Source: Octopus sinensis | Lineage: Eukaryota | Direction of reading: 5' to 3' | Length of the DNA: 64,000 nucleotides | Assembly: GCF_006345805.1 (NCBI RefSeq) | Contig: NC_042998.1 | Span: 111,104,001 to 111,168,000, forward strand | Notes under the pieces: generated by a model | Seen by the model: the letters and a program-made list of their open reading frames with translations, nothing else | The model's database searches: none | What the model was told of the DNA's origin: nothing | In this document: positions 51,599 to 64,000 of the stretch, piece by piece | How positions within the stretch are numbered: the stretch's first letter is position 1 | How the letters are laid out: every line of letters begins with the position of its first letter | Position numbers and translations under genes: made by a program

Positions 51599-52552
51599 AT
51601 CACATATTTTTCCGTTATCAGAGTAAATTTGGCTAACAGATGTGTCCAGTAGTCATTATGGAACCGTCAGTGATAGGTGCATTCAACTGGTTTATTTAGA
51701 ATTTTTTAGCGCTAGTTCAAATTTTAATCCGTAATTTAATGATAAACATTTTTAAACTCCTTTCATCAGTCTAATTTGAATTAACATGTGGCCCCCAATG
51801 TTATTTGACTTTAAACAAGTCACCTTGATGTTATTTCATTTCAACTTCGCATCTTTCAAACTATCTATTTCATATCCTAGCTAATCAGAGCTTTCTCAAC
51901 CTCTAGTTCACATTATGATTATTACTGGTATTTCATTCATTTTCTAATACAACTCCCCTACTATTCTTGATAACACCAATGACCAAATGTTAAAAACTGA
52001 AGTTGCTCATACCTAAATAAAATGGCCCATATTTCAACACATTTAGAGAATATCTAACATAAAAACGATGCAAATATGTTCATGTGATTTGACCTAACTA
52101 CAAACAATGTTTTATGACTCTTCTTTTCACAAATTTTAGCCATCCTCACCCTTTGTCTATTAAGTAACCCCTTCCTCTATTTTTCTTCTTCTTTTCACCG
52201 TTTTCTTTTTCTCTATTCTATGTGCATCTGGCCCTGTTTTCCTTCTTTCCCCATGCACGTACCAATCCTTCAACGTTCTGTTTCTTATAACCAGAAATGG
52301 CTCTGATGAAAGCAAAATTAATTTTTTAGGTGGTTCAATATTTCACAAGAGATCAATAGACCTATCAGTAATGTACATATAAGGACTATTGGAAACAATT
52401 GTCAGCTAAATTTACTCTAATAAAGAAAAAAATGTAATGATCATTATTTATACATTGTCCAGTTTGCCTGGAGCCCAACCACAGATTTACAATATACAAT
52501 TGTGATGAACCATAACCTTGGACACTGCCATAAGAATACTTTGAGTTACTCT

Positions 52553-52707
52553 TACTCACTCTCATTTACTCTTTTGCTTGTTTCAGTCATTTGACTGCGG
52601 CCATGTTGGAGCACCGCCGTTAGTCGAGCAAATCGACCCCACGACTTATTCTTTGTAAGCCTAGTACTTATTCTATCGGTCTCTTTTGCCGAACCACCAA
52701 GTTACAC
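52553..52707 (-). mobile_element. SINE (family A) 3' fragment inserted in a Tx1-like ORF1 relic
   Basis: cttgtttcagtcatttgactgcggcc...gccgaacc. Confidence 0.88.
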
Positions 52708-53414
52708 TGGTAGCATATTGGAGGTCTTCCCTCCACCACCACTCTTAATCTCACTTCCTTAGGCTCATATGACCTCCTCTGCAATTTTATATAAATCCTG
52801 CAAACTGACCTGGTCCGCCACCTCGAGGCCGTATTCCCAGCACTTTACCTCAGTCTTTCTTGTTACTTTTAAAACATTCGCTTCCTCTTCTGTATTTGAT
52901 ATAATGTCTGCCAACAGCTATGTCTCATCTATCTCAGGGGGCACGCTGCCGATTCTGAATCTGGCCACACGTTTGCCACAGTAAGTCGGCTGTAGTACCC
53001 ACTCTGATAACCTTAACGCCCCAGTGGAGTGGTTTATTGCGACCTGTTCGCTCGCGAACCTTACCTACACTGCCGCACTTCTTCCCTCTGGTATAGAAAG
53101 TCGTGAGGCTTTTTACCTCCTTCAGATACTCCTCCAATGCGTCCACAGCATCTTTTTCAATTGTTTTCGTTGCCGTGAATATTGTTCCATATACTACTGT
53201 CCGCTTGGTTACATTCGCTGTCAAATCTAGCGGCGGGGTCAATCTCAGGCTGCTACCGTCCTACTCAATAAGCTTGTTGAACTGCTTCAACTTCTTTTCT
53301 TCCTTTTCCACTTCTCGAAACGTCTGCAGTTAAGCGTCTTGCAGTTTCTGCAGCATAGCTGCCGGCTGGAACTTGTTCACTTTCCATCGTTTCTTTTCTT
53401 ACAACTTCATCCAT
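52708..53414 (-). pseudogene. Tx1-like ORF1 relic homologous to ORF1 of the intact element
   Basis: KRTVVYGTIFTATKTIEKDAVDALEEYL vs KKTIVYKITNKKTKSPEKASTDKVEKCL; RIGSVPPEIDET*LLADI vs IISGVPQVTTTLWITSAV; RLRVVEGRPPICYQC vs KLYVVVEGRRPRCYTC. Confidence 0.78.
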
Positions 53415-54493
53415 AAATGGGGAAAAAAACAAATATAACAGGCAAAAATAACAGCAATGAACGATTCAATAATTCAACAATTAGGCTAAACAATTAGGTT
53501 CACCCTTACGGGAGACATTCAACAAGTAATCAACAATGTAACTCACGGGGATCGAAATGATTAAATCGAACAGGATTACCAAACTACGAACAACCGTCTA
53601 CATCAGACCGCTACTATTTATATGTAGTGGTTCCGTCTATTCTCGTCAGAGGGTTTCGTACTTTCGTCACCACATTATGTACAAACAGAGAATTATGAGA
53701 AATGCATTTGATATTATTTAATATTATGCGTAGGGACAAGATGTAGACTAAAGTCATCCGTCTCATAGGACGCTACATGTCTCATTTGAGTTTCGCGTAG
53801 TTATAGATATTAGATAGTTATCAATGGCGAACCACAAATTATAAAGAGCTACGATCATTACCATTGAGAGAGTTTAGGCGGAGATTAATCGTAACAGTAA
53901 AAATACAAAGCATGGAATTAGAAATCATTCATTACCTGGGAGTTAAACCAGAAAGGGAGATAACTGAAAGATAAATGAACGCTGTAAATAAATTCAATTA
54001 GATTGGTGAAGCTATAAATAGAAGTACATAAGTATATAAGCTTTTCGTAAAGGGGCTGTATCGTAAAACACTATTCTGTACTGAAAGCCATTCCTGACAC
54101 AGCTACAGGAATAAGGAAGCACATCAACAGATCATTGACTACTCTTCTCCTTTATGCAATCAAAATGTTGCTATGGTTGCTATGGTTGACGTAATTAACG
54201 CACAAAGCCAATACAAACGTAGGCATGGGGAAACAGCTTAGTCAACATATAGTGACCGTTTGAAATTATTCATAAGATTTTGCAAAGGATACAAAATCGT
54301 TCAACTTCATACAGAATCAATCTTGAAAGGAGGATGAAGTAGCTGTAAGATGAAATGTGTGTATTCGGGAGTGTAGGGAAAGTATGCACGCGCGCGCAAA
54401 CATATGTCTGTGTGTGTGTGTGTACTTTCTACAGTATGCAGGAAACGTAATACCCTTCTTCGGTTTATAAGTGAATTCAGAAATGCATGTGTA

Positions 54494-54686
<193 letters not shown>

Positions 54687-55024
54687 AGCATACACAAGCA
54701 CATACACACCGAAAACGGAGCGAGTGGGAACGGTGGAGAAAAGTATGCTTACATTATTCACTATAAATTGTAAATTAATTATATTTATACTATTGCAGTA
54801 CATTATTTAATTAGTTTTCGTTTGAACACTATTTAATTATTATGCTTATTAGGATGTTGGTTACTGTATGATCGTGTGAATCTCTCGGATTTTATAATTG
54901 ATAACTTTCTTAAGAATGGAATTAAAGTACAACAAGCGAAACTCATGCAATCACATATAGTAGATTACATTTAAATATATATATATACATATATATATAT
55001 ACATATATATATATATCTATATAT

Positions 55025-55095
<71 letters not shown>

Positions 55096-56370
55096 CATAC
55101 ATATATATATATATATAGATAGATATATATATATAGATACATACGTACATTTATATATGTTTATACATAAATATATAAATATATAAGATATATAAGTATG
55201 CAAATAATATACACATACACACTCAAATATATATGCTTGCGTTTGTCTGTGGGCGTCGCCGCACGTTTGTGCAAGTGGTCTCTTATATTTTCTTATCTCT
55301 CTTGGATTCCTACTTAAATTAATTGGACAGCTTTTCTGTCCGCTTTGTAGTGATGAGAGATCGAAGCAGAATACTCTCATATAGAAGTACATTTTCCAAT
55401 TGCTACATTTTATCAGCAGATCAAATTGGAAATATGCTCACGTGATTTGCAAATGTACTAATTATCTGTAAGTAATTTTCAATACAGAACTTTAACTATA
55501 TTTTCCAAAAATACAAATCAGGATTTGAAAACATAACCTTCTAAATTAACAGTACTTATTTACTGGTATTTCAGCTTCTCTTTTCTAATATCCGAGTAAA
55601 GCAAATCAATTTAGTATATACTTTTATTTTTCATACTGTTGACACAATAACAAATTTTACGGTTATGGTTTTGCTATGAAAGCTCTTCGAAAATGGTATC
55701 ATAATCAAAGAATACATTTATAATGTATTCATCGGATATGGCTTGCATTTGAGTAAAGAACGACATTAGTAATAGCATTAACTACAGGGAATTACAGTAG
55801 TACGAGCAGAATTGAGCCCCTTCATAACTATTCCACCAGCTATAAGTAATTGCCAAATCTCCATCATCAAAAGGGATACCGAGAATTATGCATTCCTAGA
55901 CAACTTTCTAAATATATTATTGATATGATTCATCATCATCCATCATTTTGAATCCGGGTTTTGCCCTCCCCCTCTTAACGGGCGTGGCCGAATCTCCCCC
56001 AATGCCATAGCAACTGCTCTCACATCATCTCGCCATCTTGTCCAGTTTTGGGCGACCTGCCTTCTTAAGCCAGCCCTCCCAATCTCCTTCTCCACCTGTC
56101 CCCTCCACATTTTCGTCGGTCTTCCTCGCTTTCGCTGTCCATTTACCTCAAACTCTAGCACCTGCTTCAGAACATGCTCCTCATCCCTCCTCAACGCATG
56201 CCCATACTACCACACTCCATTTATTCTTGCCAGCTGTTCCACTGATTCCTCCAACCCCAGCATCCTCATCAAGTCCTCAGTCTTCCTCTTATCAAACAGC
56301 CTCACGCCATACATTTCTCTCACCATTGCTCTCTCAGTCCTTCTCAAAACTGCCATCTCTCTTTCTCTAT

Positions 56371-58282
<1,912 letters not shown>

Positions 58283-58363
58283 TCTGGGTTGTTTTTATAC
58301 TCTATGTCTTTAAAAGAACATTACTTACAGGAAAAACTATAGCGCTGTAACATTTATGTGACA

Positions 58364-58424
<61 letters not shown>

Positions 58425-59433
58425 ATATATATATATATCATATTCTACCCTCATTCATATATATATATATATATATATATCAATTTCTACCCTTACTTAA
58501 TTTTAAATAAAAAAAATGTACTCTAACCGGTAAATTGACTGCTGTAGTTTATTAACTGCAGAGTAGTTTCCGTTCTCAGTGCGCCAAAGTGAAGGCATTT
58601 GAAAGATACTCATAAATATAAAATGTAGAACTTTATACGTGCTGGATTTCGGTTGAGCGTCCTGTATCTAGGTCTGGAATTGTGTTTTGTAAACGACAGA
58701 CTATGCTGATGATCTTGCAGATGTTTACGTGTCCATATACGTAAATATTAACAAGTGAAACTAATAAGTACATAGGTATTCGTTTTTTATTTCGTATATT
58801 TTCATTTGTCTTGCATATTTTTACACTTTGTTTTTTTGCTGAGAGTTTTTCTTGAGAACCCATTCTTCTTGGAAAATGGCGATTTTGACGTCTATATCTA
58901 GCATATAGGCTGTCCACTTTTCGACATCAGTCCTCTAAATTTTGTATATATATACGCATGTATAGGTACATAAAATAGAAATTTTCTATTTGTAAATCTC
59001 TCACGAGAGACATTTAGTACTCTATGATAAAATTGCCAATATATTTTGCATATAATTCCCTTACTATTATCACAGTAGTCGTGTATGATATCATTTCGTC
59101 CTGGTTTGGACTTTTCAACATGGCATAACTTGAGATTTTAAAATTATCATTTGAAAGCTAAAATTAAAGACGATCGATTTTGTTTAATATATATATACAC
59201 ACACACACATATATATATATATATGTATATATATGTATATATATGTATATATATATATATTATATATATATATATATATAATGAGGGAGATAAATTGAAT
59301 ATTAATTTAATTAACATCAATTTAAAACCAGTAGACTAGCATACAAAAATCTGAAAAAATCAGAGAAAATTCTAATACATGTGTAGGTGATCTATTTCTA
59401 GCATATGGCTGTCCACATAGTGGTTTTTAGCCC

Positions 59434-59480
<47 letters not shown>

Positions 59481-59617
59481 CAAAATATAGGGGTTTAGTT
59501 CATAGGTAATGTAAACGGATAGGCATGGTGCTATAACGGATTACCAGAGTTCCAAGCTTGTAACCGAGACAGGAGTTATGGAACTATGGAACTATTGTAC
59601 ATTTCCGATACAACAGG

Positions 59618-60056
59618 TATAAATTTGTTAAAGACGAAAACAAGCACCAAGACAGGACATCTCAAGTTATGTATATTATTATTAAAAATTATTAAACAAT
59701 TTTTGAAGTCTTACAACTGTTTCAGGGATATCCCCAAAACATGTGAAATATCGCATCATCGGAGGCAGATGGTGAGAAAGTGCGAGGGTATAGACTATCG
59801 GAAACTTAAGCTTAATCTTTGAACTTTTACATAATTTTCCTTTTTCTCTTTTTCCTACATCTATTCATCGTTTCCGTTATCTATTCCCACTCACTTTCTT
59901 ACCGTATGATGGGATATTCCATATGTTTTTGGGATATCCCTGAAACAGCTATAATGCTTTAAAAATTGCTTAATAATTTTTAATGATGATAATAATAACA
60001 TATATCACTTGAGATGTCCTGCGTTGGTGTTTGTTTTCCTCTTTAACAAATTTATA
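59618..60056. repeat. ~190-bp inverted repeat (64-nt spacer); each arm has a degenerate hammerhead-like motif
   Basis: Arms 59618-59805 and 59870-60056; the + arm reads cGTATGA-t-gggatat...atatccc-t-GAAA-cagcta-TA. Confidence 0.8.
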
Positions 60057-61253
60057 TATATGTATATATACATATGTCTCTGTGTGTGTGTGTGTGTGTG
60101 TATTTGTGTACGTGAGTGAAGGTGCGTTGGTCCAGTTTACCCAACGGTACATGAATAATAAGCTAGTATTACCGCAGGCCCCTCATCCCAATTGTTACTA
60201 TCTTGATGTTTCACTAGGCAATAGTTGAATTTCAGACATTGTGTCAATGCCCACTTCAGGCTATACCCACTCTACGGGTTTTCATGAAGCCCACCGTCTC
60301 CCACACTTTCCGCAACTCATTCTCCATTCATCTTACCCATACCAAAATTGGCTATAAAACAAGAGCGGCCAAGTCTTTCTACATAAAAGAATGAAATTAG
60401 AAATTTATAAGTATGACTGTGAACATGTGGAGAATTAATCGAAAATGGTATTACTAAACAAAATATCATAACATATATCCATTGAAAATATGTTAGAAGA
60501 CAAACGATATTCTGATCACGCTTACTCATGTCATACAATCCAGGATGTTATGAACTTTTCCGTCCTTAAAAGGTCTGTAAGTCGACTATTGTTCAAATAA
60601 TATTTGATAACGAGAAAATTAACCTCATGCAAGTTCCATATAGTGTGATCCTATTTCTTCTGCACCATTCTGAGAATGACGATAAATAAATATCATGTTT
60701 TACTCGATGTTTGCTAGACGGTGAAACTGATAGACGTAATTTGTTCGATGGTTAATCCAGCGTTTTCCTAGATATGTGTGAGTCGTGTGTGTGTGTGTGT
60801 ATGTGTGTGTGTGTGTGCATTATTAATTTTACTGCCTACACGACAGTTAATAAAATATGATATTAAATCGTCTTCATCCTGTGGATGTTGAAAGAATTGT
60901 AATGCCGTAATGTGATCCATGGTTAATGTAGCATTTGAATGAAATCATTAAACTCTGTATTAATTTTCATATTGCTTATCTCTATTTATCATACATACAC
61001 ATAGGCAAGCACATTGATAAAGCCGTTCTAGCACACACTTACACACACTCTTTTGCACACAAATACACAGATAAAACACACTCGTACATGCACAAATACT
61101 CACATACATGCATACTGCTTGTTTCTAAGCAGTAATTTGAAATCAAACAAGAACTAGCAATAATCGAAAAACACACATATATATGTCTGTATATATGTGT
61201 CCGTATGTGTGTGTGTGTGTATGTATGTATGTGTGTATGCATAAAAACATATA

Positions 61254-61500
61254 TTGGGTTGGTGCATAATTATTGCGGCTTTTTGAAGAATTTTATTGAA
61301 CAAAAACAATAATTATATTTAACAAAAACATCTTTAAATGACGGTCTGACCGTCTGCCAAGCAATGGGATGCAGTAATTCAAGTAGATAGTGAATATGCT
61401 CCGGCATAACCATTTAAATATGTTTTTGTTATATGTTGTTATTGTTTTTGCTGAATAAAATTTGTTGAACAAAAGCTGCAGTAATTATGCACCAGCCCAA
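61254..61500. mobile_element. Mariner-derived MITE with TA target-site duplication
   Basis: TIRs ttgggttggtgcataattattgcggctttt / aaaagctgcagtaattatgcaccagcccaa, TA on both sides, ~90-bp palindromic arms; the centre encodes something like RLPS.WDAVIQVDSEYAP (transposase C-terminus). Confidence 0.9.
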
Positions 61501-62287
61501 TACATACGTGTGTGAGTATGTGTGTGCGTACACACTTACATATAAGAGAGTAAGTTTGTACTCTTAAGAATTATTATATATATATATATATATATGGTTG
61601 TGTGAGTTGTGTGTGTTTGTAACGTATACGGTTAAAGGCACGCATGGTTGTAATGATATGTGTGATAGGAATAAAATGTCGTAGCGCGTGTTTGATTTTG
61701 TTTGCAGATATTGAATGCTATTGAGAATGTATATCCTTGGGTTTATCAAGGGGATCTACTGGGTTTTAGTCCCTATTTGTTATAATGAACTTTATGAAAC
61801 ATGTATGGGCATTAATTTCCATATATTGGTCCATTTTCAATTGATGTTATTGTGTGGCTATTTGGGCACACATGACCAATGCACGCTACTGTGTGCTTGT
61901 GCATTCGTGTGTTAAGATACCAATACATATTTCAATGTTATTCATATTTTTTTGGCATCCAGGAATACATGTATACTTATACATAATCATATATGCAATT
62001 TACAAGCATTTACACATATGCACAAGACAGATATGTACTTGTATTTGTGCATATACATAAAAGGATACGTACGTTACACACACAAATACATACATACTAG
62101 TATTTTTGTATATATTTCCATTTACATCCATTTATTCATGCATGTATTTATATATACATTTCTACACGGATGCCTAATTGTGCGCGCGCGCGTGTGTGTC
62201 TTTAACGATGTATATATTTAGGTATGTGTTCACAAAGATACACATATGTTTGTATGAAACTGTGAACTAATATCTCATTCTGATATA

Positions 62288-63548
62288 TTGGGTCATCCGG
62301 AAAGTTCATACCGATTTATAGTAGCTTACCTTTCGACTTATTTTAGAACATGGTTGAGTCCATAAAATAGGATTTGACTACATCTCCATTTAGAGCACAG
62401 TTTAAGCTATCTTTTTGTGGAAGAAGGTTTATGTTCCTATAACCTGTGTTAATTCTGTAACCCTTTAAAATGGAAGATAAGAAAGTTCATTTTCAGCACT
62501 TGATGCTTTTCTTTTTCCGTAAAGGGATAAATGCCCTACAAGCAACCAAAGAAATATGCGCAGTTTACGGTGATGTTTCTTTATCCGAAAGAACTGTACA
62601 GAAGTGGTTCGCAAGGTTCCGAGTAGGAGACTGTAGCCTTATTGATAAAGAGCGATCAGGCAGATCATCGACTACAGATGATGACCAAATCAAGAGAATA
62701 ACCCCCATTGCACAACCCGAGAATTGGCAGAAGGCCTCAACCTATCAAAATCCGTCGTTCATAAGCACCTGGTAAAGCTTGGGTACATAAATCGCTACGA
62801 TGTTTGGGTACCACATGCGTTGAGGGAGAAGAACTTTTTGGATTGTATTTCCATCTGTGATTCGCTTTATAAACGGAATGGAAACGCGCCTTTTTTAAAG
62901 CAGATTGTAACAAGTGATGAGAAATAGATTATCTACAGAAATGTTAAGAGAAAGCGATCCTGGAGTAAGCGACATGAGCCACCCTGAGCCAAACTAAAAG
63001 CGAGTCTTCACCCTAAAAAGTCTTGCTTTGTGTCTGGTGGGATTGGAAAGGATTTCTTTACTATGAGCTTCTCCCAAGTAGCCAGACAATTAATTCTGAG
63101 AAATACTGCACACAGAAATCAGAAATTCAAGAGAAACTTCCAGAATTGGTCAACAGGAAGGGTGTTGTTTTCTAACATGATAATGCAAGACCGGACGTTT
63201 CTTTGGGAACCAGACAAAAATTGCTGCAGCTCGGCTGGGATGTGTTACCCCACCATCCACATTCACCAAATATTACTCCTTTGGATTTTCACTTATTCAG
63301 GTCTCTGCAGAATAGTTTTAATGGTAAAAATTTCAATTCCTTGGATTACGTAAAAAGATACCTTGATGAATTCTTTGCCATGAAACCACCTCAATTCTGG
63401 GAAGAGGGTATTTTCAAGATAAAGGATAGATGGAGACGCATTGTGCAACAAAATGATTCATATTTGTTTTTTTAAAAATGTAATGGCAAGTATTTATTGA
63501 CCTTTTTCTTTCCTTTAAAAATCAGCACGAACTTTCCGGACAACCCAA
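62288..63548 (+). mobile_element. Full-length but disrupted mariner (DD34D) transposon
   Basis: TIRs ttgggtcatccggaaagttcataccgattt / aaatcagcacgaactttccggacaacccaa; transposase from ATG 62470: MEDKKVHFQHLMLFFFRKG, WVPHAL, TSDEK, HDNARP...HSPNITPLD (34 residues between the last two Asp); several stops and frameshifts. Confidence 0.93.
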
Positions 63549-64000
63549 AATATTTCTTTAACACATACATATGTTGACGTATATGTGGGTGTATATGCAT
63601 ACCTGAACTTGTACACTCTAAATAATTATTTCGTTCGTAATGTTCAAGTCTTTTGCCGTTAAATTTTCAATGGGAAAAAATATTTCAGGCACTTGTATCT
63701 ACTGTACCCCAAAATCAGTGACAATATCTCTATGTGTACACGTGCCCTGCTAGAAATAATAAATAAATTATCTTCAAATCTGATTTCTTTCAAAACAATT
63801 TTATAAAAGCGGGACATTTACAGTTGTGACATTTTTTTCCGTAACTTTATATGATCTAGGTGAATATGGAATTAAACAACGACTACCAGTATTAACATTA
63901 TAAGATTGCTACAAGCAAGGAAATCACTATGAGATTAAATTTTTAGCAAAATATAGAAACCTAAATTCTTTCAAATCACTCTTTATCGTTTTAAAACAAG

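Noticed and set aside
53600-53665. CTGACGA/GAAA motifs on the minus strand
   Set aside because: No consistent helices.
58699-58719. Isolated DYADDLA RT-like motif
   Set aside because: No flanking RT motifs in any frame I could read.

Overview
Animal (very probably cephalopod/Octopus, inferred from the SINE families and extreme microsatellite density) repeat-dominated region with no recognisable host gene. Centrepiece: a full-length, nearly intact 6.26-kb Tx1-like (L1 group) non-LTR retrotransposon (14575-20837, minus) inserted inside a (GATA)n array with an apparent 17-bp target-site duplication, i.e. a candidate (GATA)n/(TATC)n-targeting LINE; older relics of the same lineage lie at 11.0-13.0 kb and 52.7-53.4 kb. 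A second microsatellite-associated system is a head-to-tail chain of R4/Dong-like RLE LINEs bordered by (TAA)n (26.5-31.4 kb). At least three hammerhead-ribozyme-like motif families occur: one canonical minimal type I (39661-39704), a U6-variant family in three copies, and a degenerate pair in a 190-bp inverted repeat, alongside Penelope-like RT and GIY-YIG remnants. Also present: a Helitron RepHel remnant, four Tc1/mariner remnants plus a MITE, RTE LINE fragments, many tRNA-derived SINEs, a 779-bp partial-tandem element, a 200-bp hairpin and a 906-bp tandem duplication. All family assignments come from manual translation and motif recognition; no database search was run.
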